A stretch of DNA of 64,000 bases from Deltaproteobacteria bacterium (GCA_040218735.1 JAVJQW010000057.1:448001-512000), one strand, 5' to 3'. Numbered from the stretch's first letter, positions 1 through 12,619 are shown. Notes: a model not told the origin generated them from the letters alone. Translations and numbers: made by a program.

Positions 1-2
1 AC

Positions 3-1241
3 GTCATCGACGAGGACCGACGCGTCATCGCCCGGGCCTCCTACTGGCAGCGCGGGCTCGATGGCGTCGACTCCACCTCGGTCGCGACGTTCGACCGTAA
101 GAACCGCCAGCGGCAGCTCACCGCGACCATCGGCCCCGAGCTCCGGTTCGACGACGCGAGCCGCCTCCGGATCACCGCCCACGGCGCCCTCTTCACGGAC
201 CAGTACCTCCTCGACCAACGCGGCGCCGCGACGCTCGACGACCTGACGCAGACGTCCGAGCAGCTCGGCCAGATCGACGCCCAGTACGATCGCCTCTTCG
301 GCATCCAGCACCTCGTCACCTTCGGGCTCGAGGGGCTCTACCAACGCCTGGAGTCGACGCGCCTCGACGGCGGCGCCGGCACCCGCGGGCGCGCCGCCGC
401 GTTCGTGCAGGACGAGTGGTCACCGTTCGACGACGGATCGCTCACGATCGTGCCTGGGGCACGCGTCGACGCGGACTCCCAGTTCGGCGTGTACGCGACG
501 CCGCGCCTCGCCGTGCGCTACGCCCCCGTGGAGTCCGTCGTGTTGCGCGGCAACGCGGGGCGCGGGTTCAAGGCGCCGTCGTTTCGCGACCAGCTCCTCG
601 TCTTCGAGAACCCCACGGCGGGCTACGTGGTGCGCGGCAACCCGGACCTCGAACCGGAGAAGTCGTGGAGCTTCGGGCTCGGCGCGCAGGTTCGTCCCGC
701 GGACGGCCTCCGCGTCGGCGTCGACCTGTTCCATAACGAAGTCGACGACCTCATCACGCCGCTCTCCAACGGACGCACGGGCGCGGGCGCTCCCGAGCTC
801 TACAGCTACGTGAACATCGACCGCGCGCGGACGCAGGGCGTGGAGCTCAACGCCTCGTTCGCCGTCGTCCGCGGCGTCACCGTCGAGGGCGGCTACCGAC
901 TCCTGAACGCGATCGACGTCTCGACCGGCGCACCGCTCGAAGCCCGCGCGCGACACCGCGCGACGTTCGCCGTGCGCGCGGCCGAACCGACGTGGGGCCT
1001 CGCCGCGACGGCGCGCGCCGCCGTCGTCGGCGAGCGCCCGTTCTACCTCGACGACTCCGCGACGCCGACGTTCGCGCGCCCCTACGCGACGCTCGACGCG
1101 CGCGTCGAGAAGAGCTTCCTCGACCGCGGCGTCACCGCGTTCGCCGGAATCGACAACCTGCTCGACGCGGGCGACGCCCGCTTCCTCCCTATCCCGCCTC
1201 GCGCGCTCTACGCGGGGCTCGAAGGACGTTACGCACCATGA
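3..1241 (+). CDS. TonB-dependent outer-membrane receptor (heme/iron), 5'-truncated by window edge
   Basis: Frame is open from base 3. Beta-barrel motifs GFKAPSF, GNPDLEPEKS and GIDNLLD; first gene of a hmu operon. Confidence 0.88.
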   Translation, partial: VIDEDRRVIARASYWQRGLDGVDSTSVATFDRKNRQRQLTATIGPELRFDDASRLRITAHGALFTDQYLLDQRGAATLDDLTQTSEQLGQIDAQYDRLFGIQHLVTFGLEGLYQRLESTRLDGGAGTRGRAAAFVQDEWSPFDDGSLTIVPGARVDADSQFGVYATPRLAVRYAPVESVVLRGNAGRGFKAPSFRDQLLVFENPTAGYVVRGNPDLEPEKSWSFGLGAQVRPADGLRVGVDLFHNEVDDLITPLSNGRTGAGAPELYSYVNIDRARTQGVELNASFAVVRGVTVEGGYRLLNAIDVSTGAPLEARARHRATFAVRAAEPTWGLAATARAAVVGERPFYLDDSATPTFARPYATLDARVEKSFLDRGVTAFAGIDNLLDAGDARFLPIPPRALYAGLEGRYAP

Positions 1242-2764
1242 AACGAACCCATCTCCTCTGCCTCGCGCTGCTCGCCGCCTGCGGCGACCTCGAACCAGAC
1301 CCGGGCGAACCGACGCTCTCGGGCGTCGTCGTCACCGACGTCGGCGACGGGACGTACCGCCTCGAAGTCGACGCCTCCGACGAAGCCGCCTGGGTCTACT
1401 TCGACCTCGACGCGCAACGCGCCGCCGACGCCGCGGCGTGGGATCTCGGATTCAAGCGCTTCCTCGTGAAGACGAACGGCGGCTCCAGCGGTGACGCCGG
1501 CGTGCGCGTCGCCGCGGTCACGACGAACTTCGACGACCTCGACGTCGCGCCGGTCGCGGGATGGACGGAGGACCGCCCGTCCGAGGACGCGCCGACCGAC
1601 AAACCCGACGACATCCTCGAGTCGGACATCGACCACGCCTTCAACCAACCGAACGCCACGAGTGAGAACGGCTGGTACGACTACGATCCGGTCGACCACA
1701 CCCTCTCCGCCGCCGACGTCGTGTTCGTCGTCGAGTCGGACGCAGGGCGCTTCTACAAGGTCCGCTTCGAGCGTTACTACGACGACGCCGGCTCGCCCGC
1801 GATCCTCACGCTGCGCTTCGGCGAGGTCGATCCGCCCGAGGACACCGGCACCATCGACGCGTCCGAGGGATGGACGTATCTGCGCATCGGCGACGGCGTC
1901 GTCACCACGACCGCCGAAGCGCTCGACTGGGACGTCGCGATCAGCCGCACGATCTTCGCCACCAACGGCGGGACGAGCGGCGGCGGGCTCGGCGGCGCGG
2001 CGTGGGCCGACGCCTCGGCGCGCTTCGACGACATCGACGAAGTGTCGACGTTCGGGTTCGTCGGCGACGAAGAGCTCCCGATCCCCGGCCCGCCCGGCTC
2101 GGGGACGATCTCGCAGAACGCCGTGCTCGGCGAGTGGTACGACTACGACCCGGCCACGCACGCGGTGTCGCCGAAGAATCGTGTGCTGCTCGTGCGCGGC
2201 GCCGACGGCGAACGCTACGGCAAGCTCCAGATCCTCGACTACGAGGACGGCGCCTACCGCCTCGTCCTCGAACCGGTGACCGCAACGCCCGAGGCCGCGA
2301 CGTTCGAGCTCGACGCGTCGGACGCCGCCGCGTGGGTGCACGTCGATCTCACGTCCGGGCGCCTCGTCGACACCGCCTCCGCGAGCGCCGACCTCGGTTG
2401 GGACATCGCCTTTTCGCGGACGCGCATCCGCACCAACGGCGGCACGTCGGGCTCGGGTGTCGCGGGCGCCATCGAGATGGACACGAAGTTCGACGACGTC
2501 ACGTCGGCGCCGTCCGACGGATACGTCACCGACGAAGCCATCCCACTCCCCGGCCCGCCCGGCTCCGGAACGTACTCCGGCAACGCGGTTCTCAACGGCT
2601 GGTACGACTACGACCCGGCGACGCACGCCACGACCGCACGTGACGTCGCGTTCGTGGTGCGGACCGCCCACGGCGACTTCGTGAAGCTGGCCGTGCAGAG
2701 CTGGGACGACGGCGTCTACACGGTGCGCGTCGCGTACGCCGGGCCCGAGCGGAGCACGTTCTGA
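1238..2764 (+). CDS. hmuY: HmuY-family heme-binding lipoprotein with three tandem HmuY domains
   Basis: ATG at 1238 overlaps the upstream stop (ATGA); lipobox LAAC; three copies of DAS..W.Y / WD(L/V/I)..R..TNGG.SG / WYDYDP..H. Confidence 0.85.
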   Translation: MKRTHLLCLALLAACGDLEPDPGEPTLSGVVVTDVGDGTYRLEVDASDEAAWVYFDLDAQRAADAAAWDLGFKRFLVKTNGGSSGDAGVRVAAVTTNFDDLDVAPVAGWTEDRPSEDAPTDKPDDILESDIDHAFNQPNATSENGWYDYDPVDHTLSAADVVFVVESDAGRFYKVRFERYYDDAGSPAILTLRFGEVDPPEDTGTIDASEGWTYLRIGDGVVTTTAEALDWDVAISRTIFATNGGTSGGGLGGAAWADASARFDDIDEVSTFGFVGDEELPIPGPPGSGTISQNAVLGEWYDYDPATHAVSPKNRVLLVRGADGERYGKLQILDYEDGAYRLVLEPVTATPEAATFELDASDAAAWVHVDLTSGRLVDTASASADLGWDIAFSRTRIRTNGGTSGSGVAGAIEMDTKFDDVTSAPSDGYVTDEAIPLPGPPGSGTYSGNAVLNGWYDYDPATHATTARDVAFVVRTAHGDFVKLAVQSWDDGVYTVRVAYAGPERSTF

Positions 2765-3582
2765 TGCACGCCTTCGCGCTCCTCCTCGCGCTCGCCGCGA
2801 CGGACACTTCGCGGATCGTCACGCTGGGCGGCACCGCGACCGAGACGGTGTACGCGCTGGGCGTCGGCGAGCGCGTCGTCGGTATCGACAAGTCGAGCCT
2901 GTACCCGCCGGAGGCGACGAAGAAGCCGAGCGTCGGCTACGTCCGCGCGTTCTCGGCGGAGGGGGTGCTGTCGCTGAACCCCTCGCTCGTCATCGCGGTG
3001 AAGACCGCCGGACCCGCCGCGGCGCTCGCACAGCTGCGCTCCGCGGGGGTCGAGGTCGTTTTGGTCTCCGAGGAACGCTCGGTCGCCGGCGCCAAGGCGC
3101 GCGTCGAAGAAGTCGCGAAGGCCGTCGGCCGCGTCGAAGCCGGTGCACGGCTCGTCGCGGAGATCGACGAACGCGTCGAGCGCGCCGTCAACGCTGCCAC
3201 CCGCACGAAGAAGCGACCGCGCGTGCTCTTCGTCTACGCACGGGGCGGCGGGACGCTCAACGTCGCGGGCCGTGACACCGCGGCCGACGCGATCATCGAG
3301 CTCGCGCAGGGGGTCAACGTCATGTCCGAGTTCTCGGGCTACCGTCCGATGACCGCGGAGGCCACGGTGCGCGCGGCGCCGGACGTCATCCTGATCACCG
3401 AGCACGGCCTCGCGAGCGTCGGCGGGAAGGACGCGCTCTTCGCGCTGCCCGGGCTCGCGTTCACCCCCGCGAAGGCCAACGACCGCGTCGTCGTCATGGA
3501 CGACCTCCTCCTGCTCGGCTTCGGCCCGCGCGTCGCGGAGGCGGTCGAGACGCTCTCGTCGGCGTTGGGGACCGCGCCGTGA
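2764..3582 (+). CDS. hmuT: Heme ABC transporter periplasmic binding protein
   Basis: RIVTLGGTATETVYALG, GYVRAFSAEGVLSLNP (Tyr heme ligand), LLGFGPR. Confidence 0.9.
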   Translation: MHAFALLLALAATDTSRIVTLGGTATETVYALGVGERVVGIDKSSLYPPEATKKPSVGYVRAFSAEGVLSLNPSLVIAVKTAGPAAALAQLRSAGVEVVLVSEERSVAGAKARVEEVAKAVGRVEAGARLVAEIDERVERAVNAATRTKKRPRVLFVYARGGGTLNVAGRDTAADAIIELAQGVNVMSEFSGYRPMTAEATVRAAPDVILITEHGLASVGGKDALFALPGLAFTPAKANDRVVVMDDLLLLGFGPRVAEAVETLSSALGTAP

Positions 3583-4634
3583 ACGCGATCGCGATCCGGA
3601 TGCGCGGCGAGCTGCGACGCCCGGCGCTGACCGCGCTCGTCGCCGCGCTCGTCGTGGCGTTCGCCATCGCGCTGTCGTCGGGCGCGGCATCGATCGGACC
3701 GGGCCGTTCGCTCGGTGTGCTGCTCGACGTGATCGGGCTCGGGGCCTCCGCAGCGCAAGAGCACGAACGGGCCGTCATCCTCTTCGTGCGCCTCCCCCGC
3801 GTGCTCCTCGCGATCGTCGTGGGCGCAGCGCTCGCGCAGGCCGGCGCGCTGATGCAGGGGCTGTTTCGCAACCCGCTGGCGGACCCCTCGCTCGTCGGCA
3901 TCTCGGCCGGGGCGACGTTGGGCGCGGCGACGGTCATCGTGTTCGCCGGCGCCCTCCCCTTCGAGCTGCCCACGATCGTGCACCGCCTGCTGCTCCCGGT
4001 GTGTGCCTTCGCAGGTGCGCAGATCACGGGCGTGGTGCTCCACCACCTGTCCTCGTCGAGCGGGCGCACCGACGTCACGACGATGCTGCTCGCCGGCATC
4101 GCGATCAACGCGATGGCGCTCGCGGGGACCGGCGCGCTGACGTACGTCGCCACCGACGAGCAGCTCCGCTCACTCACGTTCTGGGGGATGGGGAGCCTCG
4201 GCGGCGCGACCTGGTCGTCGCTCGCGGTCGTCGCGCCGGTGCTCGTCGTCGCTGTCGCCTCCGCGTGGGGGCTCTCGCGCGCCCTGGACGCGATGCTCCT
4301 CGGCGAGGGCGAAGCACACCACCTCGGCGTCGACGTCGAAAGGACGAAGCGCCGCGCGCTCCTCACCACATCCGTCCTCATCGGAACCAGCGTCGCGCTG
4401 TGCGGGATGATCGGCTTCGTCGGCCTCCTCGTCCCGCACCTGATCCGCCTGGTGTTCGGACCGAGTCACCGCTTCCTGATGACCGCGACGATCCTCGTCG
4501 GCGGCGTGCTCCTCTTGATCGCCGACCTGGTCGCCCGCACGGTCGCCGCCCCCGCGGAGCTCCCGATCGGGATCGTGACCGCGCTGCTCGGCGCTCCGTT
4601 CTTCCTCGCGCTGCTGAAGAGGCAACAGACATGA
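3579..4634 (+). CDS. hmuU: Heme ABC transporter permease (FecCD family)
   Basis: RLPRVLL, QGLFRNPLADP, LGEGEAHHLG, IGFVGLLVPH, ELPIGIVTALLGAPFF. Confidence 0.92.
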   Translation: MNAIAIRMRGELRRPALTALVAALVVAFAIALSSGAASIGPGRSLGVLLDVIGLGASAAQEHERAVILFVRLPRVLLAIVVGAALAQAGALMQGLFRNPLADPSLVGISAGATLGAATVIVFAGALPFELPTIVHRLLLPVCAFAGAQITGVVLHHLSSSSGRTDVTTMLLAGIAINAMALAGTGALTYVATDEQLRSLTFWGMGSLGGATWSSLAVVAPVLVVAVASAWGLSRALDAMLLGEGEAHHLGVDVERTKRRALLTTSVLIGTSVALCGMIGFVGLLVPHLIRLVFGPSHRFLMTATILVGGVLLLIADLVARTVAAPAELPIGIVTALLGAPFFLALLKRQQT

Positions 4635-5458
4635 GCGCCGCCATGCATTCGGAGCCTTCGTGCCTCCAGCTCACCAACGTCTCGCTCGAACGTGGCGGAC
4701 GCCGCGTCCTCGACGCGGTTTCGGTCGACGTCCCGAGCGCCGCCGTCACCGCGATCGTCGGTCCCAACGGCGCCGGGAAATCGACCCTCCTCGACGTCGC
4801 GGCGGGTGCGCTCACGCCGAACCACGGGCGCGTCTTCATCGCGGGGCGCGCACTCGATCGCTGGTCCAAGGGTGAGCTCGCGACCAAACGCGCCGTCCTG
4901 CCCCAGTCGTCCACGCTCGCGTTCGGTTTCTCGGTCGACGAGGTCATTCGACTGGGGCGCCTACCGCACTTGTCTTCGAAACGGGACGACGACCGCATCG
5001 CCAAGCTCGCGCTCGCACGTGTCGGCCTCGACGGGTTCGGCCCGCGCAGCTACCTCGAGCTGTCCGGCGGCGAGCGGCAGCGCGTCCAGCTCGCGCGGGT
5101 CCTCGCGCAGATCTGGGAGCCGACGGCCCACCGCATCCTGCTCCTCGACGAACCCACCGCGGCGCTCGACCTCGTTCACCAGCACCAGACGCTCCGCCTC
5201 GCGCGAGGCCTCGCCTCGGAGGGGGTCGCCGTCGCGGTCGTCCTCCACGACCTCAACCTCGCCGCGCAGTACGCGGATCGAATCGCGGTGATGGACCGCG
5301 GTCGCGTCGAACACGTCGGCGCGCCGCACGAAGTCCTGCGCCCCTCGATCCTCGAACCCATCTTTCGGATTCACGTCGACGTCATGGAGTTGGCGTCGCC
5401 CCAACGCAGGCTCGTCCTCGTCCGCGATCCGGACGCAGCCGAAGGAGACCACGCATGA
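4631..5458 (+). CDS. hmuV: Heme ABC transporter ATP-binding protein
   Basis: ATG at 4631 overlaps the hmuU stop; GPNGAGKST, LSGGERQRVQLARVLAQ, LLLDEPT, LHDLNLA. Confidence 0.92.
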   Translation: MSAAMHSEPSCLQLTNVSLERGGRRVLDAVSVDVPSAAVTAIVGPNGAGKSTLLDVAAGALTPNHGRVFIAGRALDRWSKGELATKRAVLPQSSTLAFGFSVDEVIRLGRLPHLSSKRDDDRIAKLALARVGLDGFGPRSYLELSGGERQRVQLARVLAQIWEPTAHRILLLDEPTAALDLVHQHQTLRLARGLASEGVAVAVVLHDLNLAAQYADRIAVMDRGRVEHVGAPHEVLRPSILEPIFRIHVDVMELASPQRRLVLVRDPDAAEGDHA

Positions 5459-5991
5459 ACGAAGACGACATGACCCGCGAAGACGCGCAGTCCATCTCCA
5501 GCGCGCGGGCGCTCGACGACGCGGAGCAGCTCCTGTTCAGCCGCGGCGACGGCGTCCTGTGCACGAGCTCGAAACGCGCGGACGGGTGGCCGTTCGGCTC
5601 CGTCGTCCCCTACGCCCTCGACGTGGCCGGCCGCCCGATCATCCTCGTCGCGAGCATCGCAGAGCACACCCGCAACATCGGCGCCGACCCGCGCGTGTCG
5701 CTGCTCGTCCAGGCCGACGTCACGCAGGGCGACGTGCAAGCCCACGGACGACTCTGCGTCATGGGGCGTGCGGTCGCGATTCCCGAGGCGGACCTCGACG
5801 ACGCCCGCGAGCGCTACCTCGCGCGCCTCCCCGAGGCCGAGGGCTACTTTGCCACCCACAACTTCTCGTTCCTGCGCATCGAGGTGGAACGGCTCCGCTA
5901 CATCGGCGGCTTCGGGAAGATCTTCTGGCTCGACGTCGACCGCTACCGCGCCCGCCAGGGCCACGCTCGCGTCCGCGCAGAGGCGGTCTGA
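5455..5991 (+). CDS. hugZ: HugZ/HutZ-like heme utilisation protein (pyridoxamine-phosphate oxidase-like split barrel)
   Basis: PFGSVVPY, SIAEHTRNI..DPRVSLL, RYIGGFGKIFW; coupled to hmuV. Confidence 0.8.
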   Translation: MNEDDMTREDAQSISSARALDDAEQLLFSRGDGVLCTSSKRADGWPFGSVVPYALDVAGRPIILVASIAEHTRNIGADPRVSLLVQADVTQGDVQAHGRLCVMGRAVAIPEADLDDARERYLARLPEAEGYFATHNFSFLRIEVERLRYIGGFGKIFWLDVDRYRARQGHARVRAEAV

Positions 5992-5992
5992 A

Positions 5993-6205
5993 ATGGGCGC
6001 CGATACCAAATGTGTCCGACGCATCCTCACGTCGGGCCGAGTGAGCAAGATCGAGCAGTGCGTCGGGTGTGACCACGTGCACCTCCACGTCGGCTGCGTG
6101 ACGCTGCGCCTGGAGGTCGCCGCGTTCCACTCGCTGGTGGACGACCTCCTGCAGGCGTCGATCGCGATGGTCGAAGCGCCCGAGGAACGCAGGCTCCACT
6201 CGTGA
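5993..6205 (+). CDS. Small Cys/His-rich hypothetical protein (70 aa)
   Basis: ATG 1 nt after the hugZ stop; CVGCDHVHLHVGC motif; stop overlaps the next start (GTGA). Confidence 0.6.
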   Translation: MGADTKCVRRILTSGRVSKIEQCVGCDHVHLHVGCVTLRLEVAAFHSLVDDLLQASIAMVEAPEERRLHS

Positions 6206-6741
6206 AACCGATCGAGATCCGCGCCGAGCGCGCACGCGCCCGGCACCTCCGCGGGCGCTACCTCGACGACGAGGGCCGACCCGACCCGACCGCCCTCCTT
6301 CGGCTCGCACGCCAGCAGATCGCGCTCGCGCACCTTCCGCCCGCGGCTCAGCACGAGGCGGTGCTCACGCGCGCGCGATGGCTGGAGCTGGAGTCCTGGT
6401 GGGCGGCGGACGACTGCCCGGTCTGGCGGCTCGGACCTTCACAAGTCGAGCGGATCCTCGACACACCACTCGTCAACGAACACCGCATCGTCCTTCCGTC
6501 CGCAGCGTTTGCGATCAGCTGCAACCCAGCTTGCAACCTGCGAATAGGCGGAGAGCGGGTCGACGAAGTGCTCGTCCTCCAGGACGAAGCGGCTCGCTTG
6601 CTGGGTGGCGCCATCCTCGACGGCGCCCCCGCGTTCTTCGGTGTCCCGCGGTCGCGCCGCCTCGACTCGCTGACGAGCGAAGTACGAACGCTCGTCCACC
6701 TGGTCCTCGGCCTCGCGCAGGAGCTCGCGACCGCGGCGTGA
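6202..6741 (+). CDS. Hypothetical protein
   Basis: GTG start coupled to the upstream ORF; protein-like composition; no recognised family. Confidence 0.55.
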   Translation: MKPIEIRAERARARHLRGRYLDDEGRPDPTALLRLARQQIALAHLPPAAQHEAVLTRARWLELESWWAADDCPVWRLGPSQVERILDTPLVNEHRIVLPSAAFAISCNPACNLRIGGERVDEVLVLQDEAARLLGGAILDGAPAFFGVPRSRRLDSLTSEVRTLVHLVLGLAQELATAA

Positions 6742-6832
6742 CGCCGCCGATCACATGCGGTAGGCGACGCCGACGGCGCCCTCGAGGTCGTGTTCGAAGT
6801 GCTCGCGTTTGTCCAACATCGCGTAGGCCGCG

Positions 6833-7696
6833 CTAACGCGGTGCAACGCGCGGCGCCGGCATCCGCGAGACGGGCAGCTCGGTGCGCGACGCCCAATCCC
6901 ACCACGAGCCGTCGTAGTTCATCGTGTCCTCGAAGCCCGCTTCGACGAGCGCCGCGATGACAAACGCGCTCCGAACGCCGCCCGTGCAGTACGCGATCAC
7001 CGGCTCCTTTCGAGACAGTCCGAACTTCGTGAAGAGGCGTTCGAGGCGCTCCCGCGGGAGCACACGACCGCGATCGTCGAGGAGCTGACGCCACTCCAGG
7101 CGGCGGGCCCCCGGCACGTGACCGCCCCGGTACGAGAGGTACGGCGTCGCGCCGTCGTACTCCTCCTGCGTCCTCGCATCGAGGACCTGGGCGTCGTGCC
7201 CGCGGACCGCGGCGAGCACACGTTCGTGATCGGCGCGTAACTTCTTCTCGACGCGCGCGCGGAAGCTGCCTTCCTTCGTATCGGCGACGTCGTCCCACGT
7301 TCGCAGGCCAGCGGCGCGCCACGCCTGGATGCCGCCGTCGAGGATCCGCGCATTGCGGTGCCCAAGGTACGCGAGCGTCCACCAAATGCGCGCCTCCTCG
7401 CCCCACCCCCGATCGGCCTCGCCGTACACGAGGAGCGGTTGATCCGCCTCGACGCCGATCTCGCGCAGCGCCTCTTCGAGCTTCGCCGTTTCGGCGAGGC
7501 GGCCGGTGCGCCCGAGGCCATCGCGCAGCATGAACCACAAGAGCGTGCGTGCGTTCGGCAGGTAAGGTGCGGACGAGGACAGCCGTGCGTCGATCGTGAT
7601 CGCGCCGTCGCCGATCATGTCCGCGGCTTGCGCGGGGGTCACGAAGACACGTCCGGGCGTAGCGGACGCGAGGAGCGTGAGCGTCAGCGCGAGCAC
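6833..7696 (-). CDS. Tandem rhodanese sulfurtransferase with N-terminal signal peptide
   Basis: ARIWWTL.YLG, LDGG..AW, DART.EEY.G, GHVPGA, YCTGGVRS, YDGSWWDW; start placed at GTG 7696, ahead of a hydrophobic leader. Confidence 0.85.
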   Translation of the reverse strand: MLALTLTLLASATPGRVFVTPAQAADMIGDGAITIDARLSSSAPYLPNARTLLWFMLRDGLGRTGRLAETAKLEEALREIGVEADQPLLVYGEADRGWGEEARIWWTLAYLGHRNARILDGGIQAWRAAGLRTWDDVADTKEGSFRARVEKKLRADHERVLAAVRGHDAQVLDARTQEEYDGATPYLSYRGGHVPGARRLEWRQLLDDRGRVLPRERLERLFTKFGLSRKEPVIAYCTGGVRSAFVIAALVEAGFEDTMNYDGSWWDWASRTELPVSRMPAPRVAPR

Positions 7697-7740
7697 GAGG
7701 TCGAGGATGGATCGAGGGGAGGGAGGAGGGCCAGGACCAT

Positions 7741-7768
7741 CGGCGCCCCGCGAGAAACGGGGGCGCCG
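7741..7768. terminator. GC-rich stem-loop downstream of katG
   Basis: cggcgccccg-cgagaaa-cgggggcgccg near-perfect inverted repeat; no U-tract. Confidence 0.35.
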
Positions 7769-7779
7769 ACGGGGCCGGG

Positions 7780-10155
<2,376 letters not shown>

Positions 10156-10192
10156 GGAGCCTGTTGTTATGCCCGTCCGGAGTGGAGATCCA

Positions 10193-10228
10193 ATAGAAAC
10201 CCCGAAACGATCGATAGGCAGAAGCTAT
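10193..10228. promoter_or_regulatory. OxyR/LysR-type binding site upstream of katG
   Basis: Perfect ATAG-N7-CTAT at 10214-10228 plus a second ATAG at 10193, within an AT-rich patch 40-70 nt upstream of the katG start. Confidence 0.6.
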
Positions 10229-10326
10229 GAGGCACCGTCCCGCCCCGGGCGTGGCAATTCGCCATGTGCCGAGACGCGAGACGCGCAGCCGCCCCCTTGG
10301 CGCGGCCCGTGCACTCTGGGCCGAGC

Positions 10327-12555
10327 GTGACTGCGCCCCGTTGGTTCCGCCCCTACCTCGTCGTTTCGGGCGTTCTGTTGGCGCTCCTCGTCGGCGCCGT
10401 CGGCACCGGTGCCTACGTCCGGTCGCGCGCGTTGGCGCGCGTCGACGCCTGGTTGTCGGGGCGTCGCCTCACCTCCACCCCCGCCCTACGCGCGCGGGAC
10501 GAGCTGATCGCGGTCGGCGATTCAGTCGATCCTCGTGCACTGGAGACGACGTTGGCCTCGATGGGTTACGTCGCCCGCGACGGCTCGCAGCCGGGGTCTT
10601 ACCGCGTCGATGGCAGCGACGTCGTCGTCCACTCGACCCCGACGCCGACGTGCGAGGAACGTGCGCTTCGCATCTCGACCCGCGACGGACGCGTCGTCTC
10701 CATCACCGGCTTCGACGGACGACAGACCGACCGCGCCCACCTCCGCGGGATCGTCGTCGAGCAGATGGCGAGCACCGATCGCGTCGTTCGAAAGCCGGTC
10801 GCGCTGGACGCGTTCGGCGAGCACATCCCCGCCGCCGTGATCGCCGCGGAGGACCGACGCTTCTACGAACACGAGGGGATCGATCTGCGCGCGATCGCGC
10901 GCGCCGCGTGGGCGGACGTCGCCGCCGGTGAGCTCGTGCAGGGCGGCAGCACGATCACGCAACAGCTCGCGAAGAACCTCTTCCTCGAACCCGAGCGATC
11001 CTTCGTTCGAAAGGCACGTGAAGCCGTCCTCGCCCACGCCCTCGAAGCCCGCCTCGACAAGGACGACATCCTGGAGGCCTACCTCAACGTCATCTACCTC
11101 GGACGCGCGGGCAACGAAGAGATCGTCGGCGTGGAGCGCGCCGCGCAGGTCTACTTCGGCAAAGCGGCCGCCTGCCTCTCTCCCGCCGAGGCCGCCGTCA
11201 TCGCCGGGATGATCCGCGCCCCCAACAAACTCTCCGTCCTCCGCCACCCCGAAGCCGCCCTCGCGCGCGCCCGTCAGGTGCGCACCCAGCTCGGCGCCAA
11301 CTGGCCGCTCGACGACCTCGACCTCGGCGCCCAAGACACCGCGACGACGGATGGCCTCGGCCTCGCGCCCTACTTCGCCGACTTCGTCGAGAGCCACCTC
11401 GATCCAGAGCGCGCGACACGCCAGGTCATCACGACGATCGACCCCGCCCTGCAGCGCTCCGCCGCTGACGCGCTCCGCGCCGGTATCGAACGGGTCCGCA
11501 CCGAACACGGCGTCGACGTCGAAGGCGCCTTCGTGACGATCGAAGCCTCGACCGGTCGCATCCTCGCGCTCGTCGGCGGCAGTGACTACGCGGACACCCC
11601 GTTCAACCGCGCGGTCTACGCGCGACGTCAGATCGGCTCGCTCGTGAAGCCACTCATCGCGCTCGCCGCGTTCGACGAGGGCATCGCTCACCCGCGCACG
11701 ATGATCGAAGACGCACCCGTCGCGATTCAGGTCGATCGCCGCACGACGTGGCGCCCGCAGAACTACGACTTCTCGTACCGCGGCTACATGAGCGTGCGCG
11801 GAGCGCTCACCCACTCCGTCAACCTGCCTTTCGTCGCGCTCACGCGTCAGCTCGGAACGGAGCGCGTCGCTGCACATCTGCGGAGCCTCGGGCTCGAAGC
11901 CGAAGCGCACCCATCGATCGCGCTCGGCGCGGTCGACGCGTCGCCTCTCGAGGTCGCGGGCGCCTTCGCCGCCATCGCGCGAGACGGCCGCGCCGTGCGG
12001 CCGTACGCGATCGAAGCGATCGTCGATGTCGATGGCGAGATCGAGACCCACGAACCGGTGCGACGCACGGTCGCTTCGGACCAGGCCGCGTTCCTCGTCT
12101 TCGACACCATGCGCTCCGTGGTGAACCGAGGGACCGCGTGGCGAATCCGCCGCGAAGGTTACGACCACGACCTCGCGGCGAAGACCGGCACCAGCGACGA
12201 CGCCCACGACCTCTGGTTGGTCGCCGCCGACCACGAGCGCGTCACCGTGATCTGGATCGGCGCCGACCAGCCTCGCGCCATCCCGACTTCGTCCGGGCAC
12301 GTCACGCCCGCGATCTTCGTCGCGGCGATGTCCGGGGCCCCCAGTATCGGGGCGCCGTCCGAGTACCCGCCGCCGCTCGCGGTGGAGCAGCACCAGATCT
12401 GCGGGCTGACCGGCGCCCGCGCCACGCCGGAGTGTCCTCACGTATCCACTGAATATCTCCCGGCGGGCGCGAAGCTCTTCGCGTGTCCGGTCCACGCGCC
12501 GCCCCCCGCGTTTCACGCGGACGCTCGCCCGGCGCCGGCCGCTGTTTCATTTTGA
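10327..12555 (+). CDS. Class A penicillin-binding protein (transglycosylase/transpeptidase, PBP1B-like)
   Basis: EDRRFYEH, GGSTITQQLAKN, SLVK, SVN and KTG motifs; N-terminal TM helix. Confidence 0.9.
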   Translation: MTAPRWFRPYLVVSGVLLALLVGAVGTGAYVRSRALARVDAWLSGRRLTSTPALRARDELIAVGDSVDPRALETTLASMGYVARDGSQPGSYRVDGSDVVVHSTPTPTCEERALRISTRDGRVVSITGFDGRQTDRAHLRGIVVEQMASTDRVVRKPVALDAFGEHIPAAVIAAEDRRFYEHEGIDLRAIARAAWADVAAGELVQGGSTITQQLAKNLFLEPERSFVRKAREAVLAHALEARLDKDDILEAYLNVIYLGRAGNEEIVGVERAAQVYFGKAAACLSPAEAAVIAGMIRAPNKLSVLRHPEAALARARQVRTQLGANWPLDDLDLGAQDTATTDGLGLAPYFADFVESHLDPERATRQVITTIDPALQRSAADALRAGIERVRTEHGVDVEGAFVTIEASTGRILALVGGSDYADTPFNRAVYARRQIGSLVKPLIALAAFDEGIAHPRTMIEDAPVAIQVDRRTTWRPQNYDFSYRGYMSVRGALTHSVNLPFVALTRQLGTERVAAHLRSLGLEAEAHPSIALGAVDASPLEVAGAFAAIARDGRAVRPYAIEAIVDVDGEIETHEPVRRTVASDQAAFLVFDTMRSVVNRGTAWRIRREGYDHDLAAKTGTSDDAHDLWLVAADHERVTVIWIGADQPRAIPTSSGHVTPAIFVAAMSGAPSIGAPSEYPPPLAVEQHQICGLTGARATPECPHVSTEYLPAGAKLFACPVHAPPPAFHADARPAPAAVSF

Positions 12556-12619
12556 ACCAGCGCTTCGTCCGATGCGGCATCACGCAACGGACCCGACGGC
12601 GCCCCGATAACGATCATGA

